Shown here: one piece after another, positions 46,440 to 56,862 of the stretch
Position numbering within the stretch: the stretch's first letter is position 1
How the letters are laid out: each line of letters opens with the position of its first letter
NCBI GenBank assembly: GCA_964617625.1
Contig: CAZTZL010000004.1
Span: 11,009 to 75,008 of the forward strand
DNA from: an uncultured bacterium
Lineage (GTDB): Bacteria > Zhuqueibacterota > QNDG01 > DSAB01
Direction: 5' to 3'
DNA length: 64,000 bases
Translations under genes and position numbers: made by a program
The notes under the pieces: generated by a model
Databases searched by the model: none
Told to the model about the DNA's origin: nothing
Seen by the model: the letters and a program-made list of their open reading frames with translations, nothing else

Positions 46440-48716
46440 TCATCCATGCAATTGTTCAATCGTTTTATCAATACCGCTTTCTCTCCCCACAGATAGCACT
46501 CCTCGAATACGATATAACATTTTAAGAATTCTCGTCAAATGCGAAAGATCCCTGACCTCCAAAATCATAAAAGCTGTAATGAGTGTGTTTTCCGTCCGCA
46601 TGTCGATCGTCAGAATATTTGTTTCCATAGAAGACAGCAGTTCGCTCACATCTTTCAGGAAATCCTTCCGGCCTTCTGCTAAAATCCGGATTTGGACCAT
46701 AAATGCCTTTTCACCATCGACATCCCAGGAAACATCAATTGTTTTTTCAGGCGTTTCCATTAATTTCAGAATATTCGTACAATCTCGCCTGTGTACAACA
46801 ATACCGCGTCCCTTCGTGATAAAGCCGACAATTGGATCTCCCGGTACGGGATGACAGCACTGTGCAAAACGAATCAATAAATTATCCATCCCCTGTACAC
46901 GAATGCCTCTGACAGCACCCCTGGCACGGGAAATGAATTTTTCAAATATCTTTTCTTTATTCTTAGGACCTGTCGAACCAACTTTTTCAGGAGCCAGTAT
47001 CTCAATCACTTTTTGTACTGGCAGATCTCCCTGTCCCAGTTCAGCATAGACTTGCTCCATTTTAGATTTCTGCATCTGATCGACAAGCTGCCTGAGCTGC
47101 TCTTTGGTGGTCCGGATACGGTACCGTTTGAGGCTCTTTGTAAATATTTCTTCCCCCAACTTCACTGCTTCCTGATATCTGGCCTCTTTCAGCCAGCGTT
47201 TGATCCTTGCTTTTGCTTTGGATGTCTTGACAAAGGTGATCCAGTCCTTATTCGGCCGTTGATTGGATGAAGTAATGACCTCGACAGAATCTCCGCTTTT
47301 CAGTTTCGTATTCAAGGGAACGATACGTCCGTTCACTTTGGCACCGATACATTGCAGACCGATATCGGTATGCACTGAAAACGCAAAATCAACCGGCGTG
47401 GAACCGGCGGGCAATTTGAATAAATCCCCTTTAGGTGTAAAAATAAAAACCTCGGACTGAAACAGATCGGTTTTCAAGACTTCCAGATATTCTTCGGGAT
47501 CGAGCGTATCCTTCTGCCAGTCAATCATTTCGCGGAGCCACGCGCTGTATTGATCCAACTCGTCGTCGGATTGACCACCCTCCTTATATTTCCAATGGGC
47601 TGCGATACCGATTTCTGCGATACGATGCATTTCCTCTGTCCGAAATTGGATTTCAATCATCTTGCCATCCGGGCCGATGACAGTGGTGTGCAATGATTGA
47701 TACATATTCAACTTGGGAGTGGCAATGTAATCTTTGAAGCGATCCTGAACCGGAGTAAATATGGTATGAACCACACCGAGAGCAAAATAACATTCATCGA
47801 CTTTTTCCACAACAATCCGGATGGCCAGCAAATCATAGATCTCTTCTAGAGGTCTGTTTCTCTCACTCATTTTTCTGTAAATGGAATACAGAGATTTAGC
47901 CCTTCCAGCAACCTTCGCGCGAATTCCGTTTTTTAAAAGTTCTTTTTGTATCGGTTCGGTCACTCGGTTGATATAGTGTTCCCGCGCTTCCCGTCTGTCG
48001 GATATTTGTTGAACAAGATCATAGTAGGCTTTTGGTTCAAGAAATTTAAGTGATAAGTCCTCGAGTTCCCATTTGATGCGTGCAATTCCAAAACGGTGTG
48101 CAAGAGGCGCATATACTTCCCGTGTTTCAATGGCAATGCGTTTCGCCTTTTGCGGCGGCAGGAATTCGAGAGTGCGCATATTGTGAAGACGATCCGCGAA
48201 CTTGATCATAATCACCCTTAGATCCTGAGCCATGGAAAAAATCATTTTTCTGAAATTCTCAGCCTGTTTTTCCGCCTGACTGCGAAATTTCAATTCACTG
48301 ATTTTCGTCACACCATCGACAAGCTGGGCGACTTCACCGCCGAATCGTTCACGAACTTTATCGACCGTGATTCCGGTATCTTCAACTACATCATGAATCA
48401 ATCCCGATACTATCGTAACCACATCCATACGAAGATCCGTGAGTATCTTCGCCGTTTCCAGACAATGTTCGATGTAAGGCGCACCGGATTTGCGCAATTG
48501 ATGTTTGTGTACATTATACGCAAACTGATACGCATCTTTGAGAAGTGTCAAATCCGGATTTTTGATATAGATTTGAATTTCCTTTAGAATCCGGTCAAAA
48601 ACGCGTCTGTACTGGCTCCGAACTTTCGGCTGAAGTACGTACTCTTCCTGTTTTTGAGCAGTCCGCTTTTCACGAACAGATTTTTTGGGTTCTTCTTTTA
48701 TAATAATATCTGTCAT
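46440..48716 (-). CDS. relA: Bifunctional (p)ppGpp synthetase / hydrolase RelA/SpoT
   Basis: HD hydrolase domain (HDVVEDT), synthetase domain (RAKSLYSIYRKM, DLLAIRIVV), plus TGS and ACT domains across 758 aa. Confidence 0.9.
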   Translation of the reverse strand: MTDIIIKEEPKKSVREKRTAQKQEEYVLQPKVRSQYRRVFDRILKEIQIYIKNPDLTLLKDAYQFAYNVHKHQLRKSGAPYIEHCLETAKILTDLRMDVVTIVSGLIHDVVEDTGITVDKVRERFGGEVAQLVDGVTKISELKFRSQAEKQAENFRKMIFSMAQDLRVIMIKFADRLHNMRTLEFLPPQKAKRIAIETREVYAPLAHRFGIARIKWELEDLSLKFLEPKAYYDLVQQISDRREAREHYINRVTEPIQKELLKNGIRAKVAGRAKSLYSIYRKMSERNRPLEEIYDLLAIRIVVEKVDECYFALGVVHTIFTPVQDRFKDYIATPKLNMYQSLHTTVIGPDGKMIEIQFRTEEMHRIAEIGIAAHWKYKEGGQSDDELDQYSAWLREMIDWQKDTLDPEEYLEVLKTDLFQSEVFIFTPKGDLFKLPAGSTPVDFAFSVHTDIGLQCIGAKVNGRIVPLNTKLKSGDSVEVITSSNQRPNKDWITFVKTSKAKARIKRWLKEARYQEAVKLGEEIFTKSLKRYRIRTTKEQLRQLVDQMQKSKMEQVYAELGQGDLPVQKVIEILAPEKVGSTGPKNKEKIFEKFISRARGAVRGIRVQGMDNLLIRFAQCCHPVPGDPIVGFITKGRGIVVHRRDCTNILKLMETPEKTIDVSWDVDGEKAFMVQIRILAEGRKDFLKDVSELLSSMETNILTIDMRTENTLITAFMILEVRDLSHLTRILKMLYRIRGVLSVGRESGIDKTIEQLHG

Positions 48717-48722
48717 AATGAT

Positions 48723-50138
48723 CTAAAATGGCACACCGGCGGGTTCTTGCTCAAAGGCCGGATTTTCAAAACGGGCCCATTTTTTTACAAAATTGAGGTG
48801 AATCGTACCCACCGGACCGTTTCTCTGTTTGCCGATAATCACTTCCGCTTTTCCCTCCATCGAATCTCCCTGATCACTCCTCTTGATTCCATAAAACTCA
48901 GGGCGATATATAAACAGAACGACATCGGCATCCTGTTCGATTGCTCCTGATTCTCTTAAATCTGAAAGCATCGGTCTTTTTTCACCGCCTCGGGCTTCAA
49001 CGGCGCGGGACAACTGGGAAAGAGCAACCACGGGAATATCGAGTTCTTTTGCCAGCCCTTTCAAAGACCGGGAAATCATCGAGATTTCATGCTGTCTGCT
49101 TTCGGCCTTTCTAGGCCCTTCCATGAGCTGCATATAGTCAATGATGATGAGGCCAACATCCTTTTCTTTCTTCAAACGCCGGGCTTTGGCTCGCAACTCC
49201 AGAACTCCCATGCCAGGCGTATCATCGATATAGATAGGCGCCTCTGTCAGGACACCCACACACATGCTGAGTTTCTGCCATTCATCATCAGCCAATCGAC
49301 CGGTTCGAACACCATGGGCATCGACGCGGGCTTCGGCGCATAGTAACCGAAGCGCCAATTGCCGTTTCGACATTTCAAGACTAAATATACCAACGGGTTT
49401 CTTTTCATCGACAGCCATGTTCCGTGCAATATTGAGACTGAAAGCTGTTTTTCCCATTGAAGGCCGGCCGGCTACGATGATTAATTCTCCATCCTGAAAT
49501 CCGGATGTATATTCATCCAGTTTCGAATAGCCGGTAGGAACTCCGGTTACTGTGCCTTTTCGCTCGTGAAATTTCTCGATAGTTTCAAACGCTTCATGCA
49601 TCACAGGCGAAATATGCTGGAATGTTCTGCGCAGCCTTTTTTCCGAAAGACCGAAAATGCGCTGCTCTGACCGGTCGATAATGTGAAATACATCTTCCTG
49701 GGCATCGTAACAGTCCTTGGCTATTCCAGCGGCTTCTTCAATCAGTTTTCGTAATAAATATTTTTCCTGAACAATCCTCGCGTGATGTTCGACATTTGCA
49801 GATGAAGCAACTGTTTCGGCCAGTGTTGTGAGATAATAGGTGCCGCCTAACTCTTCAAGAAGATTCTGCCGTTTGAGTTCCTCGGACAATGTAATCAGAT
49901 CCACCGGATCGTTTTTCTCGAACAAGAGAGTCGCCGCGGAAAATATTTTCTGATGGGCAGTGCGGTAAAAACTTGAGGAGGTCAATATTTCGACGATCTT
50001 CCCGATACATTCATTATCGATCAGCATCGATCCCAGAACTGCCATCTCCGCATCCAGCGCCTGCGGCGGAACAAGATCAAAGATGGCTTTCTCCGGAGTA
50101 GAAGACTTCCCGTTTATTTTCCTTTTTGAGGATTCCAT
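48723..50138 (-). CDS. dnaB: Replicative DNA helicase DnaB
   Basis: N-terminal DnaB domain and a RecA-like domain with Walker A GRPSMGKT, H-loop and arginine finger. No intein. Confidence 0.9.
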   Translation of the reverse strand: MESSKRKINGKSSTPEKAIFDLVPPQALDAEMAVLGSMLIDNECIGKIVEILTSSSFYRTAHQKIFSAATLLFEKNDPVDLITLSEELKRQNLLEELGGTYYLTTLAETVASSANVEHHARIVQEKYLLRKLIEEAAGIAKDCYDAQEDVFHIIDRSEQRIFGLSEKRLRRTFQHISPVMHEAFETIEKFHERKGTVTGVPTGYSKLDEYTSGFQDGELIIVAGRPSMGKTAFSLNIARNMAVDEKKPVGIFSLEMSKRQLALRLLCAEARVDAHGVRTGRLADDEWQKLSMCVGVLTEAPIYIDDTPGMGVLELRAKARRLKKEKDVGLIIIDYMQLMEGPRKAESRQHEISMISRSLKGLAKELDIPVVALSQLSRAVEARGGEKRPMLSDLRESGAIEQDADVVLFIYRPEFYGIKRSDQGDSMEGKAEVIIGKQRNGPVGTIHLNFVKKWARFENPAFEQEPAGVPF

Positions 50139-50833
50139 AGCGGTTTATCCCCTACTTCCTTATCATATAATTTTCTTAACATTTGAACATCTTCCCAAAC
50201 CGGTTTTTTCCAGTGCGGATTTCGAAGAAGCGCCGCCGGATGAAATGTAACAATGAGAGAAATACCCTCAAAATCATGAACCTTGCCCCGAAGCTGGCTC
50301 AACGAGGTTGAGGTCCTCAATAAATGATGCGCTGCTATCCGTCCCAGGGCTAAAATAATTTTTGGCTGAATCATTCCAATCTGCTGGAAAAGATAGGGCA
50401 TGCAGAGTGCGACTTCTTCCGGCAAGGGATCGCGGTTCTGAGGCGGTCTGCATTTCAGAATATTGGCGATAAAAACTTCCGACCTTTTGAATTCAATCGC
50501 AGCAAGAATTTTATCCAAGAGCTGTCCTGCCCTTCCCACAAAAGGTTCACCTTTTAAATCTTCATCCCGGCCGGGCGCTTCTCCAATCAGCATAAAATTT
50601 GCGTTTGGATTGCCCGCACCAAATACAAAATTCGTCCGTGTTTTTGCCAGCACACATTTTTCACAACCCTTGATGCTTTGATAAAATGTATCCAGCGAAT
50701 CGTCACCTTTATTTTGAGATTGAAAAGTCAGTACGTCTTTCCTGGGGAGATACAATTCGTTTCCAAAAAGATCGCGCTGCTGCCGCAAATACTTTTTCGT
50801 TTCATCAAATATATTTGATGTTTCCGGGGACAT
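50114..50833 (-). CDS. Uracil-DNA glycosylase family 4 (SPO1 polymerase-associated type)
   Basis: [23 protein letters not shown] motif, with [4Fe-4S] cysteines in CEKC...C. Confidence 0.8.
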   Translation of the reverse strand: MSPETSNIFDETKKYLRQQRDLFGNELYLPRKDVLTFQSQNKGDDSLDTFYQSIKGCEKCVLAKTRTNFVFGAGNPNANFMLIGEAPGRDEDLKGEPFVGRAGQLLDKILAAIEFKRSEVFIANILKCRPPQNRDPLPEEVALCMPYLFQQIGMIQPKIILALGRIAAHHLLRTSTSLSQLRGKVHDFEGISLIVTFHPAALLRNPHWKKPVWEDVQMLRKLYDKEVGDKPLWNPQKGK

Positions 50834-50842
50834 GATTACTAA

Positions 50843-52045
50843 CTACTCGTTAATTAATTTTTCAATCTTGTCCAAAATCTTTTGCGCTGTCTCCCGTTTG
50901 GACAAAAGTGGCAGCTCTTCTTTTTGTTCGTTTTTATCGATCAAAGTCACTTTATTGTTTCCTTGCCCAAATCCCGCTCCCTCTTCAAGGACATTTAAAC
51001 AAATCAGATCCAGCTGCTTGTTTTTCAGCTTCTGTATGGCATTGTTGAGCCCGTTTTCTGTTTCAAGTGCGAAACCGACACGCAATCCCTGTTTCTTTTT
51101 TGAAGCAAGTGAGATTAAAATATCCTCTGTCTTTTCCAGATTAAGCTGCCAGCGGGAGTCCTGTTTTTTAATTTTTTTCGAAGAGGTCTTAGCCGGCCTG
51201 TAGTCGGAAACCGCAGCAGCCATAATAAGAACCTGGTGTTCCGGCCATTCCTGATGAACCGCTTCCGCCATTTCCTGTGCCGTATTCACACGGATCAGGC
51301 GAATACCCGAAAAAACTTCCAAGCTTGAGGGGCCGCTGATCAAAGTCACTTCCGCGCCCCGGAGCGCTGCAGTCTCAGCAAGTACATATCCCATAGTTCC
51401 GGTAGAAGGATTGGTTATATAACGGACAGGATCAATCCATTCTCGTGTTGGCCCGGCAGTAACAAGTATCTTTTTCCCGTATAAACACCCTTCAGTGTTT
51501 CGGCAGGACAAAACCGCATCAATGATCTTTTTCATCCCGGCCAAACGTCCTGGCCCTTCGAGACCGCTGGCAAGCTGGCCTGTTTCCGGTTCAATAAAGC
51601 GATACCCCAGTTTTTTTAATTTTTCCACATTTGAAATATAAATCGGATTTTGAACCATTTGCCTGTCCATTGCAGGAGCAAAAAGCACAGGCGACCGGGA
51701 AGCCATCACCACAGTACTGAGAAAATCATCCGCAATTCCCGATGCAATTTTCCCGATGATATTCGCAGTAGCCGGACAAACAAGTATCTTCTCCGCCCAC
51801 TCGGCGAGAGTAATATGTTCGGTCTTTAATGAACGATGCGCCGGAAACAGATCGCTGATCACTTCACAGTTTGTAAGCGTCTCAAACGTCAGCGGACAGA
51901 CGAATCTCTTTGCCGATTCAGTCATCACAACCCTGATCTCGGCACCTTCTCTTTGAAGCATCCGAAGCAATTCACAAGCTTTATAAGCTGCAATGCTTCC
52001 CGTCACTCCTAACAATATTTTTCGTCCATCCAACCTTTTATCCAC
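50843..52045 (-). CDS. coaBC: Bifunctional phosphopantothenoylcysteine decarboxylase / phosphopantothenate--cysteine ligase
   Basis: N-terminal flavoprotein domain (ILLGVTGSIAAYK) and a C-terminal DFP/CoaB domain. Confidence 0.9.
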   Translation of the reverse strand: MDKRLDGRKILLGVTGSIAAYKACELLRMLQREGAEIRVVMTESAKRFVCPLTFETLTNCEVISDLFPAHRSLKTEHITLAEWAEKILVCPATANIIGKIASGIADDFLSTVVMASRSPVLFAPAMDRQMVQNPIYISNVEKLKKLGYRFIEPETGQLASGLEGPGRLAGMKKIIDAVLSCRNTEGCLYGKKILVTAGPTREWIDPVRYITNPSTGTMGYVLAETAALRGAEVTLISGPSSLEVFSGIRLIRVNTAQEMAEAVHQEWPEHQVLIMAAAVSDYRPAKTSSKKIKKQDSRWQLNLEKTEDILISLASKKKQGLRVGFALETENGLNNAIQKLKNKQLDLICLNVLEEGAGFGQGNNKVTLIDKNEQKEELPLLSKRETAQKILDKIEKLINE

Positions 52046-52099
52046 AATGGGTTACCCGCACGACCTGATTTATTGTGTTTCTATACCATTTCGGGAACT

Positions 52100-52402
52100 T
52101 TACTTGTTCTCCTCCATTTCCTTGTAACTGAAATGAATCTCTTTTTGAGCCATTTCCTGAATGGCCACTCTTGAGGGTTTTGGAAACTTTTTATGCTCCC
52201 GCAATAAGGCCTCCCGATCTATTTCAACATCATCAAAATCTTCATTTTCTTTGTTATCCAAAACAGTGGGCGTATCCATATCCATGTCGATTTCAAGCTT
52301 CTGCTCATTGTTTACCTGCCGCGCACGCTTGGCCATAATCACTACTGATTCATAGATATTATTTGTTTCTTCCAAAAGATCTTCGATTGATATTTTTTCC
52401 AT
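52100..52402 (-). CDS. rpoZ: DNA-directed RNA polymerase subunit omega
   Basis: IEDLLEETNNIYESVVIMAKRARQVN matches the RpoZ core. Conserved gmk-rpoZ adjacency, with relA/spoT nearby. Confidence 0.75.
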   Translation of the reverse strand: MEKISIEDLLEETNNIYESVVIMAKRARQVNNEQKLEIDMDMDTPTVLDNKENEDFDDVEIDREALLREHKKFPKPSRVAIQEMAQKEIHFSYKEMEENK

Positions 52403-52429
52403 CGAGCAAATTCCTCCGATACTTCGTTT

Positions 52430-52990
52430 TTAGGTCTGACGGACAATAACTTCAATATCTTCTATCGTTTTTTCAAAACAATCATTAACTACCTGGAAAT
52501 CGTATTGCTGCGCAAACTCCAGTTCATGCTGCGCATTTTTTAATCGTTTATCAATCTCGGTCTTGCTCTCAGTTTGACGATTTCTCAACCTCCTTTCAAG
52601 CTCTTTTACAGAAGGGGGCAAAATAAAAATAAGTACTGCATCTTTTTTCTTTTTTTTGATTTGTATCCCGCCTTGTACATCGATGTCAAAAAGAACCTTT
52701 TTTCCATGACTTATTTGCTTTTCGACCTGTTCCCAGAGAGTTCCGTATAAATATCCGTACACTTCAGCCCACTCAATAAAGGCGCCCTCTTTAATTTTTT
52801 TTTTAAAATCGGATTCATCAACAAAGAAATAATCTTCCCCATGCTTTTCATTTTTGCGTTTTGGCCTTGTTGTGACGGAAACCGAATAACCAAAATCCGG
52901 ATTTCTTCTTCTCAACTCTTGTATCACAGTGCTTTTCCCGCCCCCCGACGGAGACGAGAGAACATACAGCCTGCCGCTTGATAAATCCAT
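52430..52990 (-). CDS. gmk: Guanylate kinase
   Basis: P-loop SSPSGGGKST, with the GMP-binding motifs YSVSVTTRPKR...E. Confidence 0.9.
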   Translation of the reverse strand: MDLSSGRLYVLSSPSGGGKSTVIQELRRRNPDFGYSVSVTTRPKRKNEKHGEDYFFVDESDFKKKIKEGAFIEWAEVYGYLYGTLWEQVEKQISHGKKVLFDIDVQGGIQIKKKKKDAVLIFILPPSVKELERRLRNRQTESKTEIDKRLKNAQHELEFAQQYDFQVVNDCFEKTIEDIEVIVRQT

Positions 52991-52993
52991 TTC

Positions 52994-53872
52994 CTATTCC
53001 AAATTTTGGACCTGCTCACGTATTTTTTCGATTTCTTCTTTCATCTCAACCACAGTATGGCTGATCTCAACATGGATCGCCTTGGAACTGATTGTATTCG
53101 CCTCACGATTCATCTCCTGAAGAAGAAAATTCAATTTCTTTCCGACAACTTCGTTTTTTTCCAACGTATTTAAAAAAATCTGATTATGGCTTCGCAACCG
53201 AACACACTCTTCCGTAATATCCATTTTATCGGCTAAAAGTGCAATTTCAGCATGTAGTCTGTCCTGATCGATATTGTGATCCTGAGTAAGCCGTTCAATC
53301 CTTTCTGTAAGTTTTTTATATTCTTCAGAAACATTATCACGTGCAATGCTTTCAATCGTGTCCAAATGTTTTTCCAAACTTTGAATACGTTCAGCAATGT
53401 CTTTCAGAAGGATTTCTCCTTCTTTCCACCGCATTTCCTTTAAAGCGTCCAATGCGTCCTGCAATGCTTTTTTCACGTGGCTCCAAGTCAAATCTGCATT
53501 TTCCGGTTCTGAATAGGATTCAAAAATTTCCGAAAACCGCATGTAATGATCCAATCTCAACTTTTCACGAATCCCGGCAACATTGCGAAGTCGATTCAAC
53601 AAATCATGAATGGAGCCGACTATTTTTTCGTTAATTCGTATGCCCGATATACCGCCGGGATCCCCTTTCACCGTAATTGTTGTATATATTTTCCCGCGCT
53701 CAACACCATTCCGGATAATATCACGCACCTGCTGTTCGTAATAGGATAAAAATGATGGCAACCGGCACGATACCTCAAGATATCGATTGTTAACGGATTT
53801 TAATTCCACTGTAATTGTCGTGCTGTTAAATTGTGCTTCTCCGATTCCCAGCCCTGTCATGCTTGAAGCCAT
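52994..53872 (-). CDS. yicC: YicC/YloC-family stress-induced protein
   Basis: N-terminal MTGLG...SVNNRYLE YicC-like domain plus a C-terminal DUF1732-like region. Confidence 0.8.
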   Translation of the reverse strand: MASSMTGLGIGEAQFNSTTITVELKSVNNRYLEVSCRLPSFLSYYEQQVRDIIRNGVERGKIYTTITVKGDPGGISGIRINEKIVGSIHDLLNRLRNVAGIREKLRLDHYMRFSEIFESYSEPENADLTWSHVKKALQDALDALKEMRWKEGEILLKDIAERIQSLEKHLDTIESIARDNVSEEYKKLTERIERLTQDHNIDQDRLHAEIALLADKMDITEECVRLRSHNQIFLNTLEKNEVVGKKLNFLLQEMNREANTISSKAIHVEISHTVVEMKEEIEKIREQVQNLE

Positions 53873-53981
53873 TGATCGTCCTATCTTATGTAATAGAAAA
53901 CTCTCTTAATAAGAATATGTATTTTACAAAAATAATTGTTGATAGTCAATATCTATTTTATAATTATGACACTTACGTATA

Positions 53982-55052
53982 TCAAAATTTCAATGGAATG
54001 GGTTTATTTAGAAGGATTGTCAGGGAAATGCGATGGGTATGTCCAAGATCAAAATGATTTAAAAATCCATAATCCACTTGAAAATATTTAAACCAAAAAC
54101 CTCCTCCAACTGTAAAGTTCCCCCTGTCCGTGCCAGCCCGTAAAAAAAGTCGGTCTTTGTAGGAGATTTCTCCTCCGGCGTGCAGATCGAAACCCAAAGC
54201 TCCCAGAGACATTTGGGCTACTTCGCCTCTCGATTCAAAATCCACATCAATTTCACAGACAGGAAGTACTTTGATAGAATGAAATTGAACCGGATAAACG
54301 GCTCCCAATCTCAAATGCGGCAGCAACAATTCCGTTCTCCCTGTATTCCATGCAATGAGAGTTGAAGTGCCGTCCGCAAGAACAGCTCCAATTTTCAGTT
54401 GATGAACCGGATTCCATAATACTCCGAAATCAAATCCGATTCCCCACGCACCCCATTGATCCATGCTCTTTCGAATCGTTTTAATACTTCCACCATATGA
54501 GAAAGAACGGCTCTGTCTTTTTCCAAAGGAAAACATGAAAACCATTTCACTGTCGTTGATATATTTTTCAACCTGTGGAAGATTTTCGGCTCCCAAAGGT
54601 TTCGAAGGATCGGTCAGCCGGGTCAACGGAATGTCATCCACGCCTAATCGGTATACTCCAAAACCCAAAGTCAAGCTGTCCTTTACAGAATATCCGAGTC
54701 CAAGAAAATCCCAATTGACAATGCCGCTGAATCGTTCTGCATGCATTCCGTGTATTTGAAAAGACTGCAGAAAAGCCAGTCCTGCAGGATTCCAGTAGAT
54801 TGCCGTAACATCTTCCGAAGCCGCAACATAGGCGCCTCCCATCGCTAGTGCCCGTGCACCGACACCCACTGCCAAAAACTCTCCCGCATATTTTGAAGTT
54901 GTTACCTCTCCATAAACGAGGGACAATTTGGAGATAAAGAAAAAGATGATTGCGTAAATTATTTTCAATTTCAATTGTTTTTCCTTTTTAACCTTTCCCA
55001 AGTCCCTAAAACATACATAAATAGCTACACAAAAGCAAGGTAAAATTTTCAA
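53982..55052 (-). CDS. Outer-membrane beta-barrel protein, PorV/PorQ-like (FadL-like) family; paralogue of 43079..44074
   Basis: GVGARALAMGGAYVAASEDVTAIYWNPAGLA N-terminal motif. Beta-strand periodicity ending in an aromatic C-terminus (...IPLKF). Confidence 0.4.
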   Translation of the reverse strand: MKILPCFCVAIYVCFRDLGKVKKEKQLKLKIIYAIIFFFISKLSLVYGEVTTSKYAGEFLAVGVGARALAMGGAYVAASEDVTAIYWNPAGLAFLQSFQIHGMHAERFSGIVNWDFLGLGYSVKDSLTLGFGVYRLGVDDIPLTRLTDPSKPLGAENLPQVEKYINDSEMVFMFSFGKRQSRSFSYGGSIKTIRKSMDQWGAWGIGFDFGVLWNPVHQLKIGAVLADGTSTLIAWNTGRTELLLPHLRLGAVYPVQFHSIKVLPVCEIDVDFESRGEVAQMSLGALGFDLHAGGEISYKDRLFLRAGTDRGNFTVGGGFWFKYFQVDYGFLNHFDLGHTHRISLTILLNKPIPLKF

Positions 55053-55095
55053 TAAAATATTTTAATTGATAAAACAAACTGGGATTATATATAAA

Positions 55096-55124
55096 AACCC
55101 TATTGAAATGAATTCAATAGGGTT
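55096..55124 (-). terminator. Rho-independent terminator of the REC-PAS-HisKA gene
   Basis: aaccctattgaa-atgaa-ttcaatagggtt forms a perfect 12 bp stem, followed on the minus strand by TTTTTATATAT. It lies 31 bp after the stop at 55155. Confidence 0.6.
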
Positions 55125-55154
55125 ATTATTATAATTTCTATTATGATATTGTCT

Positions 55155-56213
55155 TTATGTCGAACCGTCTATATCAAGCATCCTTGTTCCTTTTAAATAT
55201 TCTTTTGTGACGGGATGTGTAATATTGGCAAGTTTTTGAGTAATATCCCGAATGCGGAGTGCGTTTTTTATTATAGCCTTTAACCGTTTTCTGCAATCCT
55301 CATCTTCAATTTTCCCTTCATGAAGAAGATACTGGGCATTCCCTAAAATTGGAACCAGGGGATTGTTCACTTCATGATTGACTGCCACTGCTGTTTCGAC
55401 GACTGCGACCAAACGGTCCGAAGCATACGAGTCGTATTCAGAAAAATTCTTTCCTTCAATTTCTTTACTGATTCCAATGGCTCCGATCACCTTGCCACTG
55501 CCATCCTGCATTGTAGAAATGGAAAGATTTATGGGGATTCTTTTTCCTTTCTTATCAATGACAATGGTCTTATAATTTGGCAATTTTTTTCTTTTTCTAA
55601 GCAAAGCGCTAATATTTAATAATTCGGAAGGACCGTCAGCTAAAAACCGGCTGACCCGTTTTTCCACCAATTCCTCAAAACTGTATCCCAACATCTCTTC
55701 GCTGGCATGATTGCAATAGGTAATAATGCCTTTTCTGTCTGTGGTGATGATAGAATCAATTGAACTTTCGACAACCCTTTCCAGAAAATCTTTTGCTTCA
55801 TGAATGGTCGTCCAGAACTGAGTTTCCTCCATCTTGATTTGATGGGACACAAATACGTCTTCAACAAATTCAATCAGCTCTTTCACACTATAAGGTTTTC
55901 CCAAACAGGCACTAAAACCCAATCCATAATATTTAGAACGATTTAATTTCCCGTTATTGGTAAGCAAAATAAAAGGAATATGTTTGAAGGATTGATATTT
56001 AAAATCTGTCAAAAAGTGAGTATAAAATTCTTCTGCAGAAAAATCGGGTAAAGAGTAGTTAACAATGACCAGATTCGGATTCTCTTTTAATATTCCTTCA
56101 AGACCTTCTTTCCCGTTATCATAAAACAAACAACGATAACCATTATCGACAAGTACTCCATCAATTTTTTTCCTATATCTTTTGTCATTATCGATATAAA
56201 CTATTTTTTTCAT
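55155..56213 (-). CDS. Pseudo-receiver + PAS + HisKA-only signalling protein (no ATPase domain)
   Basis: REC-like fold in which the phospho-acceptor position reads N (LVIVNYSLPD) while the conserved K is kept (GKPYSVKEL). A PAS domain follows (IITTDRKGIITYCNHASEEMLGY), then an H-box NHEVNNPL. The protein ends about 60 aa later with no G1/G2 boxes. Confidence 0.6.
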   Translation of the reverse strand: MKKIVYIDNDKRYRKKIDGVLVDNGYRCLFYDNGKEGLEGILKENPNLVIVNYSLPDFSAEEFYTHFLTDFKYQSFKHIPFILLTNNGKLNRSKYYGLGFSACLGKPYSVKELIEFVEDVFVSHQIKMEETQFWTTIHEAKDFLERVVESSIDSIITTDRKGIITYCNHASEEMLGYSFEELVEKRVSRFLADGPSELLNISALLRKRKKLPNYKTIVIDKKGKRIPINLSISTMQDGSGKVIGAIGISKEIEGKNFSEYDSYASDRLVAVVETAVAVNHEVNNPLVPILGNAQYLLHEGKIEDEDCRKRLKAIIKNALRIRDITQKLANITHPVTKEYLKGTRMLDIDGST

Positions 56214-56289
56214 TTTTTTATCTGCATATGCTATATTTTATTAAAGTCCTTTTGTCGTGTACAGGAAACAAGTGTTATACAAAAGTAAA

Positions 56290-56661
56290 TTAATTTCCCA
56301 ACCGATCACTCACAAGTTGTTTCAAAATCAACAAATCCCATGGCTTTGAAAGGTAAAGCGTCCCATCCTTTTTATTTTCAGCAATACGTCCGAATTTAAG
56401 ATCAAGATATCCGGAAGTTAATACTCTCACCGAGTGTGGATTCTTTTCACGAATTTGATTGAGCAGATCCGAGCCTGAAGCATCTGGTAATTTTAAATCG
56501 GACAAGACAAAATCAATCCCATGATGTTCTACAATTTCCAATGCATCCGATGCCCGTTTCGCTGTATGCAACTGATATCCGTCATCCGAAAAAAGATCCA
56601 CCAGAATATCGAGTATTTCTTCTTCGTCATCAACAAAAAGAAGGCTTTTATCGCCGTTCAT
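56290..56661 (-). CDS. Single-domain CheY-like response regulator
   Basis: Canonical REC residues: DD (LLFVDDEEE), D (VLSDLKLPD), T (VLTSGY), K (SKPW). The start is set at ATG 56659-56661 (MNGDKS), which is preceded by a GGAGG and lies downstream of a sigma-54 promoter. The longer ORF-track start at 56733 would contain that promoter. Confidence 0.8.
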   Translation of the reverse strand: MNGDKSLLFVDDEEEILDILVDLFSDDGYQLHTAKRASDALEIVEHHGIDFVLSDLKLPDASGSDLLNQIREKNPHSVRVLTSGYLDLKFGRIAENKKDGTLYLSKPWDLLILKQLVSDRLGN

Positions 56662-56725
56662 AGAACCTCCAAATTCCCTTACATCAAAAACACTCAAATC
56701 ATTACTATATCTGTACTTACAAACA

Positions 56726-56741
56726 GGCAACATTCATGCCA
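56726..56741 (-). promoter_or_regulatory. Sigma-54 (-24/-12) promoter candidate upstream of the CheY-like regulator gene
   Basis: Minus-strand sequence TGGCAT-G-AATG-TTGCC matches TGGCAC-N5-TTGCW with correct GG-N10-GC spacing, about 65 nt upstream of the ATG at 56661. Confidence 0.5.
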
Positions 56742-56862
56742 TGTGGAATGAACATTGTTTAGTATTTAATTAATAGAATGTTATGAATAGTATTAAGGTA
56801 TGCGATAAACAGAGGATAGAAGGCAAGCTTTTCCTTTGTCAGGATCAATTTACCCATTGTTA

